NCBI RefSeq assembly: GCF_001194135.2 | Contig: NC_068984.1 | Span: 76,138,620-76,202,619 of the forward strand | Length of the DNA stretch: 64,000 nucleotides | Reading direction: 5' to 3' | Source: Octopus bimaculoides | Lineage: Eukaryota | Shown: positions 9,801-21,762 of the stretch, piece by piece | Numbering within the stretch: position 1 is the stretch's first letter | How the letters are laid out: every line of letters starts with the position of its first letter | Translations under genes and position numbers: made by a program | Notes under the pieces: generated by a model | What the model was told of the DNA's origin: nothing | The model's input: the letters and a program-made list of their open reading frames with translations, nothing else | The model's database searches: none

Positions 9801-12800
9801 GGATGAGAAATCACAACTTTGTTTTTATTGAACGAGTTGGGGATCAAATCTAATGTAAATCATCTACATATAAAAGCGGTTGTTGTTTGGCCCTGATTGA
9901 TCAGACCTATGTCCAATAAGTCTTGCACATCAGAAACTTTATTATCCAACATGCTCTTCATTTTTCGATATAGAGGAATATTTGGTTGCTATTTTTAGCA
10001 TGTCAGAGGACAAAATGCACTGATATACTTAGGTTCTGGGTTTAGATTAAGCTGACATCAACTTTGTTTTATATTCTTCCAGGGTAGATAATATCAATCA
10101 ACTATTAAGGGTTCACTTAATCAATCGTATGCTTCTTGCCAGAATTGTAGTATTCTAAGTTAGAAATCAATATTCACAGATCCATTATTGTTGTGAGTTG
10201 TTTAGCTTTTGCTCAACTCAGGTCAAGCTGGCCTGTGATGAAAAGCATTTCAGCCATGACCTCTCTGATCTTCTTTTTTAGCAATTTTTATGACTACATT
10301 ATTTAGCTAAAGAGGGCAATACCCATGGCCTTTTACAGGGCCCCTGAAACTAATGGGAGGAAAGAAGAAGGTATTCTCAAACCAGAAACTTAACCAAAAA
10401 TGCTTGCAACAGAGTGGACTCCACTGAAAGCATCCAGGGAACCAAGTAACGGTATGGTGGTGTTAAATTGGGCAATTGATGAAAGATAAAACTGACTTCA
10501 GTGAGATTTGAAGCCATTGCACAGAGAGTTGGAACAAATACAGCTTAACATTCAAATGATTCTGCCAAGAAAGATTTGACTGCTCTTTCTAGTATGTCAT
10601 GTGACTATGAGTAGGCTCTTTTGTGTTCAGCCATGTGACAGGTCTGAGCTTAGTTGTGTATTAGTTCAGTTACATCTGTAACACTTAAGCAGTCAGCATC
10701 ATATGCCTATGAAAAAGTCATCCTGGTGATGACTTTATCTACAAGAAATAGCAGATAAATTTCTATCAAAGCACACAGTATAGTCTTAGAGAAAGAATGT
10801 GTTGAATAACGTGGTCTTGGATTTCTCTGGACATGGGAAAAACAAAGGATGGTCATAGCTAGAATACCTTTGATCAGGGGCTGGCCTTGAGATCAATAAA
10901 CAGCTAAATAGCTGTTGTTGATCCCTTACAAAAGATATCAACCTAATCCCCATCAAACTATGCCCTATTGTCTTCAAATAGGAAGGCTGCATTAGATTAT
11001 GTAGTTCCAGATATGTTTGGAAAAAAAATTGGGATGATCATAGCCAAAAGCCTTTGATGTTTGCTCAGTTAAGCTGACTTGAGGTGGGTGGGGGATAGAG
11101 CTATACAACAGTCAAATAACATCTAAGTGAACTGCATGGATTTGGATTTGTCTGTATCTGGAATAATGTTTGTTTGCTGCAGAATGGCACTTCAGCAAAA
11201 AGCTATTTAATGTCACTAATTTTATTGTACAGATTTTACAACATCTAGCAGCTCCTAATCAAATAGAGATCTGTTCCTATCCTAAATGTCTGTTTGACTG
11301 AATGAATTGCCATGTGGTTAGGAAGTTCACTTTACCATCATGTAGTTCAAGATTTACTCTCAATCCATGGTCCCTTGGGAAAGTGTCTTCTACCATATCC
11401 TCAAGTTTATCCAAACTTGTGACATTGAATAGACAGAAACTGTATGGAAGTCTCTGAGATGGACTGTATCTGTTATTTGATGCTTGATTTAATCCCTACC
11501 TGGTTTAACACTATCATTAGATAAGTTCACATTGTGGCAAGTATTTAGACCAAGTTTCAACTTGTAGCAACTTGGTTATAGTTTCTGCTTCTCATTCATT
11601 GCATCCCAGAAAGGCCTCCCTGACTGATTGGCTTATAAAGTCACTCATAGACATGCTCTAGCCTCTTGCCCATAGGTATACTGTTTCCTCTCACTGCCTG
11701 TTCTCCAGTACTATTATAGCAGCATGACCAGGGTCATGCTGCCTCCACCCACACATTCCTATCCTACTCATCTCTCCTTCACCTATCACCCTTGTTGCAT
11801 GACTGCACTAACTAATATGTCCGGTCCTTTCTTCCCACACACGCATTCACTCTCATACATACATTTCAGTGCTCATCGATTGTTGTTATTTAGACTCAAG
11901 TCAGCCTTGGTACAGCAGATTTATAATCAAAGGCTTTGTAGCGGTAACCATATTTATCTTTTTTTTTTTCAGGCATTGTGTAGCTAGGACTATAGTATCT
12001 TACCTATTTTAAAAGGTGCAGTGAGCAGTTGCATAGTGTCTCTGTGTCTTGTGATTACAGGAGTATAACAGATTTTGTGACCACAAAGAAGTTCTCACAG
12101 CAACTTGTTTTGATGCTTAATTTAATAGAAAAGGAAGAATCGTTGCCTAACTAGATATTTATGTCAGTTTTAGAAAATCTAAAGCATCCAAATGAAATAG
12201 CTGATGATTATGATCATCATCATAATGCTTTTCATACTTGCAAGAGTTGGAAGGATTTAATCCAGCACATTGTTTGGCCAGTTGTAGATCGCAACTCATA
12301 CACATCGATAAAGGACACATCATCGATGTGTATGAGTAAATACTGATATTCCACATTGTCGGTACTAGGGCCCACTGGTGGTGATGTTGACACTCCTTGT
12401 TGATATTTTGATCATTCACTCTATGCTTTCAAAAATCTTTGGAATTAAGAAACCTTTACTGAAAAACATTTAAGAGTTGGTGACAAGAAAAGCATCCAAC
12501 CAGAAAATTCTGCCTTAAAATGTCCCTTTGTTTAACCCATGCTAGCATAATAGATTGCAAGGGTTCTCAGTACCTCCAGTACAGGTGTGAAGGAACACAC
12601 TTGCACCAGAGGGCAACTGACCATCCTTGACCCCACCCTCTTGCTCTGCTTCTGAAGGTTATATGTGTATATCTGTTTGTAGTACATTTGTACATTGTAT
12701 GGAATAAAACATTGACTAAAAGTTCAGCAATACTGTCGAAAACTGTTTGTTATGAAAAAGGCCATGAATTAGTGTTGGCGAGTTCAGCCATAGTTCTACA

Positions 12801-13481
12801 AGTTGGAGATATGATCATTGAACTTATCTGTATGTCAGCTCAGCATCTAAATTACCAATAAAAGAGTGTTTTTTTGCTGATTTACTGTTCACTGCTGCTG
12901 TTACAACTGGACTACCATTGTCATTACCAATAACTATGATATTGTGCATAGTACAACCTTCCTCTTGCTTTGACATAGCAACTCCCACAAATATATCATC
13001 TGTGTATTTTGCCCATCTCCATAGCAATCACATATGTGATGTAGGTTGCTGATTGTTCAAAAAGATGGCAACGGTCAGAGGTGTACGTCATGTAAATTAA
13101 TGACTACTCCTGAAGATGTTATAGACATGTCTTAGCATTTGTTTCTTTTGCTGCTTTCTCTATGACCAGAGATGTAACAAAAGAGCATCTTAGATGCATC
13201 TGGTTGTTTCATTTGCTACCTTAGAGACCTGATCTTTTCCGTTGACAAATGCAAACTTCAAATTTGAGGATGTGCATTGGCCACTAGCATACCATCCATG
13301 AGATTGTTTGCTACATACTTACACATATATTGTCTAGACACAAGCATGACTGTAGGGTTAAGAAGTTTATTTTGCATAGTTTCAGATAGAGTCTCATTGT
13401 GTGATACTTTGGGTAGGTATCTTACACTATATCAGAGGACTAACCTATGCCTTGTGAGTGAATTTGGTTGGTGGATGTATA

Positions 13482-13660
13482 TACACAAGGGGGTGCTGAA
13501 AAGTTCCTGGCCTTGAGTAAAAAATTATGATTTTATATTGAACTTCTCCTATCAGGTTCACACACTTATTGCAGCAGTCCCTCAGTTTTTCTAAGCCCTG
13601 TAAAAAAGAACTTGGAAGGTTGGGCCTCCACCCAGCTCTTTCATGATACCCTTAAAACCA
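13482..13660 (+). mobile_element. Mariner-type DNA transposon terminal fragment
   Basis: Begins TA..AGGGGGTGCTGAAAAGTTCCTGGC, resembling mariner TIRs, followed by typical subterminal sequence; no transposase ORF. Confidence 0.6.
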
Positions 13661-14928
13661 GTTTTGTAGTCCCCCCTCATATATAGGTCTATGTGCATGC
13701 AAATGTGAGCAAATATTGACATCCCACAGCTATCCTAGTCCCTGCTTGTGATATATTTACATTCCTTGTTGATATCATTGGTGGCTCTGCATTTTCAAAG
13801 CCCTGTGGAATAATAAACCCCTTACTTTAAAAAAATAATAAAATTTTTAAAAATAGGTAAAGGCTGGCAACAGAAAGATCCTCTGGCCATAGAATCCTGC
13901 CTCTAATAATTCCATCATCCAGATCATACTAACATGACAATATAAACATTAAATGTGTGTGTGTGTAAAATATTAGGTGTTCCAAATACCAATTTGAAAG
14001 AGAAAAGAGTAACAGCCATAATTGAGCAAAATAGAAGGTAATTTTGATTTTAATAGAGTAATTTTTAGTCTCCACTTAGTCAAATACAAGGCACGTTTGT
14101 TTGTTTGTTTGTTTTTTTTTTAGTTTTTACTTTTAAAGAAGATATTTTTTATTTGAGCTTTAGTGAAATTTTTAAAATATTTTTTTAATGTGTGTATGAG
14201 GTTTTGTTTTATTTAAATGTCTTCTATTCGAGCATTTACTGTGTTGGTTTCAATCAAATTTGTGAAATGTATTCAGCTTTACAGATATGTTTATCATCAT
14301 GTTCCTTTTGTAGGTAATTTGAACAATATGTAAATTATTTCTCCATTGAATACTAATAACTAGTAGTAGAAATGACATAGCATTCTTTTCAACAGTTTCA
14401 CCAATCATATGGAATATTTGGCTCCTTTGTAAATGATGATATTATGAATGTAAGAAGAATATTCACAAAGGCTACTTAATTTCTACCAAAGAATTTTGAT
14501 ATTTAGATAAAACTCTTAGATGATCAAGATAATTCTATAAAGAATCTTCAAACTGTCATTGAAACTGATCTCAAATTTACAACTTGAGGACTAGTTTGGC
14601 AATTTCAAAAGTTCTTTCATTAACTTCTAAAGTAACCAAAATTTATATGGTCCTACATGGTCTGACTGATACTTTTCGTGTACAGATCAACATTTGTTCA
14701 GGATTTGATTCAATATCATCATCAGGAATCTCTAAGCAGGTAATGTTCTTAGGGTGTTCCTTGAACTCAGTCTACTTCCTTGATACCAATCACCCATGGA
14801 CAATTTTCTTCCTGAGCTGCTATTTTCTGTACTTATTTCATTGGTCTCTTTTGTCAAATCACTTAGTTACAGGGATGTAAACACTAACATCAGTTGTCAA
14901 GTGATGGTGGGGGACAAACATATACATG

Positions 14929-14978
<50 letters not shown>

Positions 14979-15421
14979 NNNNNNNNNNNNNNNNNNNNNN
15001 NNNNNNNNNNNNNNNNNNNNNNNNNNNNNNNNNNNNNNNNNNNNNNNNNNNNNNNNNNNNNNNNNNNNNNNNNNNNNNNNNNNNNNNNNNNNNNNNNNNN
15101 NNNNNNNNNNNNNNNNNNNNNNNNNNNNNNNNNNNNNNNNNNNNNNNNNNNNNNNNNNNNNNNNNNNNNNNNNNNNNNNNNNNNNNNNNNNNNNNNNNNN
15201 NNNNNNNNNNNNNNNNNNNNNNNNNNNNNNNNNNNNNNNNNNNNNNNNNNNNNNNNNNNNNNNNNNNNNNNNNNNNNNNNNNNNNNNNNNNNNNNNNNNN
15301 NNNNNNNNNNNNNNNNNNNNNNNNNNNNNNNNNNNNNNNNNNNNNNNNNNNNNNNNNNNNNNNNNNNNNNNNNNNNNNNNNNNNNNNNNNNNNNNNNNNN
15401 NNNNNNNNNATATATATATAT

Positions 15422-15755
15422 ATATCTTTACTCTTTTACTTGTTTCAGTCATTTGACTGTGGCCATGCTGGAGCACCACCTTTAGTCGAGAAAATCGACC
15501 CCAGGACTTATTCTTTGTAAGCCTAGTACTTATTCTATTGGTCTCTATTTGCCAAACTGCTAAGTTACGGGGACGCAAACACACCAGCATCGGTTGTCAA
15601 GCGATGGTGGGGGGACAAACACAGACACACAAACACGCATACATATATATATACATATATACGATGGGCTTCTTTCAGTTTCCGTCTACCAAATCCACTC
15701 ACAAGGCTTTGGTCGGCCTGAGGCTATAGTAGAAGACACTTGCCCAAGGTGTCAT
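15422..15755 (-). mobile_element. tRNA-derived SINE family B (5'-truncated)
   Basis: Tail TTTACTCTTTTACTTGTTTCAGTCATTTGACTGTGGCCATGCTGGAGCACC, internal CA/TA microsatellite, core GTTTCCGTCTACCAAATCCACTCACAAGG. Confidence 0.85.
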
Positions 15756-15840
15756 ATTACCCTCTATGTTCCCTATCTCCTCCTTTTCCATAATATTTAG
15801 ATCAGAAATATTTCCTCAATTTAACCTTCTGACACTGTCT

Positions 15841-15880
15841 CTGATGAAGGGATATCCATATTATCCTAGAAACAGCTGTA
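15841..15880 (+). ncRNA. Minimal type I hammerhead ribozyme motif (Penelope-like element type)
   Basis: CTGATGA-A-GGGATA-TCCATAT-TATCCT-A-GAAAC-AGCT-GTA; stem II of 5 Watson-Crick pairs plus one G-U; palindromic stem III ACAGCTGT; GUA triplet; AACCTT upstream is complementary to AAGGTT at the cleavage site. Confidence 0.65.
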
Positions 15881-15947
15881 AGGTTATTTCCTTATAAATG
15901 TCCTGAAAACTCCTCACAGCCTTGGCTTTGTTATCTCATTTTCTCTA

Positions 15948-15979
<32 letters not shown>

Positions 15980-15980
15980 A

Positions 15981-16163
15981 CAGGCTTCTTTCAGTTTCCG
16001 TCTATCAAATTCACTCACAAGGCATTGGTCGGCTGTGGCTATAACAGAAGACATTTGCCCAAGGTGCCGTGTAATGGGACTGAACTTGGAACCATGTGGT
16101 TGGGAAGCAAGCTTATAACCTGCACCTATAGCAAGTTTCTTACCACACAGCCATGCCTGCCCC
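15981..16163 (-). mobile_element. tRNA-derived SINE family B, 5' half
   Basis: Head on minus GCAGGCATGGCTGTGTGGTAAG...CCACATGGTTCCAAGTTCAGTCCC and core shared with 15422-15755. Confidence 0.8.
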
Positions 16164-18689
16164 TATGTATATGTAATTTTAATGTTCATTGTTAATAGTA
16201 ATGTTTAGTCTCTCCAGATCTTTTTGGATCATTTTTTACCAGGTCTTTTTATTTGTTTGTGGTCTTTCCATTTTTTGGGTCAACATTGTACACGTATTAT
16301 GACCTTAAAAGATCCATTTAATTCACGTGGTTATTACAGTGTTAATTAATTGGCATAAACAACTTCCTCAAATTGGTTACTCCAAGGATTTGGCAAAGGC
16401 ATCCCATTTGAAACATTTCCAACGTATCAAAGTTATTCTAGAGAAATGTCTATGATTTGCTACTGTATAACATCGCAGGCAGTACAGATAATCAATAAAT
16501 GCAGAATATAGTATGTAATGAGATGTTCTCTTGTTTCAAAACATACCAATTAGGGAGACCAAAGGCTGCAGATACTAAATCAATTCTATTTTTGATATTG
16601 ATATTGGTGCAATATAACAGGTGTAATGTGTAATTAAGTATTGGATGTAATCAAATAGACCCAGTCATAAAGGTATTCACATCAGATTATATACAATAAA
16701 TATTAGATAGAAAATGAACGAACTGAACAGTTGTTTTACTTCGGCATGTGTAAACAAGGCGGCACTTTCTTCCACTCCTGCAAAAAATGAAGACATCACC
16801 CTGAATGTTAACATGTTGCTTCTACAAGTTTATTCACTCAACCATCCATTTATTTATTTGTTAATTCTTCACAGAGTATTAACTCTATAAGTAAACAGTA
16901 ATAATGAAGAGCTAATTGGCTTTGCTTTTCTAAACCCAAAGAATTTTGATTTTTAAGGTGGTGGCTCGGCATTGCTCAGCCAGATGAATGAAGCTAATAA
17001 AAGAATAGAGGCATTGACATCGTAACAGGGTCACTTGGGATTGATATGAAAGCAGTTATCTTGATTAAATTTACAGTAAAATTTTAATTTTGTTAAATTA
17101 ATCTCTTAATTTCTTTCCATTCACATATAATAACATTGGATCTGAAATAAAATATAATGCTAATAAACTTGATGAAAGCTATAACAAAGTCTTTTTTTAT
17201 GAATATAATTTTCATATCTGATTTATCAGTCTTGCATTGGCTAGACAAACAGGTTTCAGGAAAGAGAATCTGTTGTAACTAAATTATATTTTAAACATCA
17301 AATCTCACTAAGGGATTATCAGGGCTTTCCTACCCATTCCTTAGGAAAAATTCAGAAATTTGTCAATATGTAAAATCAATGTAATGATAGGAAGTATTAA
17401 CAATGTCTGTCACAGTCTTGAGAATACCAGTTACATTGATTTTATGAATCTAATGGCTCAAGTAATATCAATGTTTCCGAAAACAATATTTGTGTAGTAT
17501 AAAAAAAAATTGTCTTAATTTTTAACTAAAACTCTTTAACAATGTGCTGAAGTGTAATTAATGGACTTTAAATAAAGTCATCAAGTAGTGTATGAATGAA
17601 ATGTGACTATGAGAAGATGAATATGACTAAAGTAAGTGAACAGAACATTGCTTTATTTTTACAGTTGCTACAACAGAATTTGTTGTTACAAGATGCAGTT
17701 GATGGTTCCCAGGCTTAACACACAAACTGAAGAACCAATTAATTTCCAAACAATTCTATTTCCCTACACTCTCATTTATACAATTTTGTACATTTAATTA
17801 GTAATTCAATTGTCACTCAGTATAAATATGAAAGCTGTTCTTCACTGATTAGGTCAGAATAAGAACACTTTTTGAGTTGTCTCTTGTACTTGTCAGAAAA
17901 ATGAAAATAATATTAATCATTGACTAATAATATTTTATCCTTCACCATGTATTTTTATTAACTGATGAGCTGAACATTTGTCCGGTTAGCTCTGTAAAAG
18001 GTAGTGATGCTGTCTAATATAACTTCTAGGATCTTCAAAACAGACAAACTTGATAAGGTTGCTATTGTTCAACTCTGATCCAGTGGAACTATGATCAAAA
18101 CATTCCACCCAGTGATCATCCCATTTTTTTTTCAGACACAGTATATCTAAGACTACATTTATTCCAATATGGCCTTCCCTTTTTGAAGAAGGTAGGGTGT
18201 AATATAAGAAATATTTGGCTAGCATTTTTAGCAGATGCAAAAATCATGTAGAAGCTGCCACATTGGCTCCACAAGGTAGGAAATCAATAATTAGTTTTAG
18301 ATTCTGCTGTGAGGTTAATCTTTCATTTGATAAGATACTCTTTTTAATATAGACAGCATTCTCTTAATTTAGGTGAACTGAGAAACTCAGAATGAACCTT
18401 TTTGTGACCATATTCCAATGATATATATTATTCCTCTTAGTCCTTAGTTGTCCTACATATCAGTCCATCCATGTTCACCATATCTGCCTCTGGTAGACAA
18501 AAGTTTTCTTTTGTTGGTTCTTTTGGATTATTTCTCTAGTAAGGCTTTTTTGGGGTTTTTTTTACCTCAACGAGAGAGATTGCTTTCTCCTTATTCATTC
18601 ATGCTTGGACTGGCTGGTATCCTTACTTGAATGACAATAACTAAGATCAGATGATTCTGAGAGAAAATGAAGAGGAGTTAACTTCAGTA

Positions 18690-18830
18690 CATGACTGGTA
18701 CTTTATTTTTATCAACTTATCAATCATAGAAGGATAGAAAGCAAAGTTGACATTGGCAAAATGTGAACTCAGAATGCAAAGATCTAGAACAAATATCATC
18801 AGGCATTTCTCTAATATCATAGTGATTCTA
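18690..18830 (-). mobile_element. SINE family A, degraded
   Basis: GATAGAAAGCAAAGTTGAC...TGTGAACTCAGAATG is the reverse complement of the family A core. Confidence 0.65.
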
Positions 18831-19899
18831 TAAATCAAATGCCTTAAAGATAACATAATATACTATCCTGTATTTTCATTTAAAATAAATGAAAATAATC
18901 AAGAATTTGAATGGTTTAGTAACATACTTAATGTTTTCATTATTAAGCTGATGTTTGGAACATGATGAATGTTTCTTTCTCAAAATTATGATGGAAAGTT
19001 GTTTAATATAGATATAAACACTTTAAAAACTGGTGGTTTTGTATCACAGAACCAGAGTCAGTTTCAGGCAAACTGATATAGAAAGGATTCAGATGCTCTC
19101 CCCAGTTACAACAAAACACCTGCAGAAGATGTAAACAGTTTAACCTATGTGATATGGTGAAGGAAGTAGTTATTAAATGGTAGATATGATGAATGTTGAT
19201 AGCTACAGGATTCCTTTAAACTCTAAGTAAGAAGTTCTATCTCCTTTGACTTTATCTGTATCTCTTTATAACTTTATTTATTGTTTTGAGCAGCTAATTT
19301 GTCAAATTTCCAAGCTTGGTGTACTTCTGATGATCTTACTTCCTGCCTTTAATTAATTTCTGATTTGCAATAGCTTCCTTGATATACTTATCAAAAGCGT
19401 TGTTGAAATATTTATGAAAATGATTAGCAAAAGTCTTTAGAAAAATTTTATTGATTTAAAAAAAATTAAAAAAAATCCTTCCGTTCTAATTATTGACTTT
19501 GTAACGAGGCTATAAGAAACAGTCGTATAATATTCTAATGCTTCAGCATCAGGTAATTGATAATAGGCCTGCAGTCATAAAATAAAATACATGCTGGCAA
19601 ATATTGGGAATGAGATTAAATTTGTTAATAGCCACTGGAAACTATCTGCTCATTTCAAATGACATGTGTTTTGTTGTTGCCTAGCTCCAGGTTAACCTTA
19701 TTGAGCTGAGTTACATTCATAGGCATTCCTGCAGTGACTACCCAGTTCTTTTAAGGGTATGTCTAGGACTTCATTATCCATTATGTCCCTTCATTACCAT
19801 ATCTCTAATGAAATACTTATGCTTTTTTCTTTTTAATTAATTTTCAAAATAATCAAGAATTTACAGGGATTTCTTAAATTCTTTCTAACTTTGGCACAA

Positions 19900-20060
19900 G
19901 GCCAGCAATTTTGATATGGGGTGAGGCAAGCCATCAACCTGGAAAGGATGATAAGCAAAGTCGGCCTTGCTGGAATTTGAACTCAGAATGTAGAGCACTA
20001 AAAGAATTACCGCTAAGCATTTTGTCCAGTATGCTATTGATTCTGCTCACTCACCACCTT
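19900..20060 (-). mobile_element. SINE family A
   Basis: GCACAAGGCC...GGATGATAAGCAAAGTCGGCC..GGAATTTGAACTCAGAATGT...CTAAGCATTTTGTCCAG...TCTGCTCACTCACCACCTT. Confidence 0.75.
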
Positions 20061-21653
20061 AGGAATTTACTAAATTAACTTCATCCTATTAAGTGTGGAA
20101 TTTTAAGACAGTAGGGTGTGATTTTAGGGTGATTTAGCTGTATGGGCTGAAGCTGAATCTCTCATTGGTTTGCAATTGGAAGATACTTAATCCTTTCTGT
20201 GTTGTTGATTCTTCTATTGTTTCATGAGTGAATCAAAATAGATTCCATCCATACCCACTGGAGGAGTTGGACTTAGTACAGCAAGCTGACAGAACACTTT
20301 TTGTTTTTGAGTCGTGTCTAACAACAAGGCGGCCTCTATGTGGTTGCTTAGCCTGCTAAAAATAACAGCCAAGTCTCTCTTAAATTACAACTGACCTACT
20401 TACTCCCTTAAATATAGCTGGATACATTGAACTATGTAGCCCTTAATATCCAAAAAGATAGGATGGTCATGATTGGAACACATCTGATCATAGGTCTGTT
20501 TGATCAGGTCAAGCCTGGAGCTAAACAAAATCATCTTCATACTGAAGTTGCTTTACTGATTTCTACTCCTTTCCTAAAAAAATTTTGAAGTGGTCTGGTG
20601 TCTAGGTCATTCAGTGTGTTCAAAATAGTAGCCAAATTCCCTCAAATCATGCCCTACTGTCTTAGAGTAAAGACAGGATACATTAGGTAATATAATTCTA
20701 CACAAGTTGAAAAACATGGAATGGCCATGGCTTGAATGACTTTAATCTGAGTTCTATTGTATGAGAACTGATTGAGGCTAAATAACAACAACAGTTTAGT
20801 CATTTGTCAGCAACTTATTCAAATAGGTTACTTGACTGCCAGTTTGTCAAGCTTTATACTGGCTAGTCTAGACATAGTGAGAGCTGAGTTGTTAAGATCA
20901 GAGATCTAATTCCATTAGGTAGCATCTTGGCCAAATGGTTTTCTTTTTACCATAGCCTCATATCAAATCAATCATTCTGAGTGAACTTGGGTAGAAGCCA
21001 ATTATATGATTTATTCTTGTTTGTTAAAGGACCAACCTTGTCACACTGATTCTGTGTGAGAATTGCATTAAGAGTATAAGTATTTATGGAATACACAGCC
21101 ACATGTGTTGTAATTCAGAACAATTGGAACATTCATTGTCACAACCCAACAGAGAATCCATTTACATTGTAGCCAGCATTTTCCAGACTGGGTCAGTGTA
21201 ATATTATCTCAAAACCTACTGGTAGTTCTGGAGTGCTTCATTTGTATTAAGAATTATTAAAGAAATTTGGCATGTTTTAGGAAGCAATTTAAATTGGATA
21301 TGATGTTAATCAATTTTGTTTTTAAACTGGAATTGAAATTCAATCTTTTATATTACTATGTGTACATCACATTAGTGTAGTGGGATTTGTTTTTTGAGTG
21401 AAAGTAACATGGAGTGAGATTACACATACATTTTATACTGTGACTTCCACTCTACTTAGTACTTATAGAATTATTTAAGGTTGTTAAGCTGAATATTCTA
21501 CACAAAAATTCAAAGTTTATTAAAATTTCCCTCTTAGTTAGACAAAGAAAACAAAACTGTAGCAACCATTACTTTTGACTCTCAAAGTAAAGGTGAAAAA
21601 ATTTCAAGAAATTGTCTTGATTTCATTTTTATTAGATTGTTTTGTTTCTCTAG

Positions 21654-21762
21654 GTTCAAGTAACTCTTATTGTGTTATCAGTAATCAATAGTCTGTATTG
21701 AGGGATACATTGTTTCCCAAGGAAGGACTTAATATTCACAGTATTTCTCACTCTCACTTCTG
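21654..21762 (+). other. Candidate 109-nt non-coding internal exon (5'UTR or lncRNA)
   Basis: Strong acceptor TTGTTTTGTTTCTCTAG| and donor CTG|GTGAGT; stops in all three frames; no ATG. Confidence 0.5.

Noticed and set aside
13975-14038. Open frame VPNTNLKEKRVTAIIEQNR ending AAG|GTAATT
   Set aside because: Acceptor lacks a polypyrimidine tract; likely chance
14396-14850. Coding-looking stretch (minus frame TEFKEHPKNITCLEIPDDDIESNPEQML...)
   Set aside because: Multiple stops in every frame; open runs are within chance expectation; no family recognised
14796-15590. Long ORFs spanning N-gaps (also 133-386, 45680-46108, 52532-53438, 58669-59164, 59922-60179, 63265-63880)
   Set aside because: They stay open only because of Ns and TA/CA microsatellites (XXX and IYIY runs)
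17962-17995. CTGATGA followed by a hairpin (also CTGAAGA at ~13112 and ~50648)
   Set aside because: No GAAA core after the stem, so not a hammerhead
18231-18275. Apparent exon ending CAAG|GTAGGA
   Set aside because: Lies within a copy of the ancient repeat core
19342-19460. Minus frame LKTFANHFHKYFNNAFDKYIKEAIANQKLIKGRK with a GTAAGA donor
   Set aside because: Only ~39 codons, weak AAG acceptor, no homology recognised
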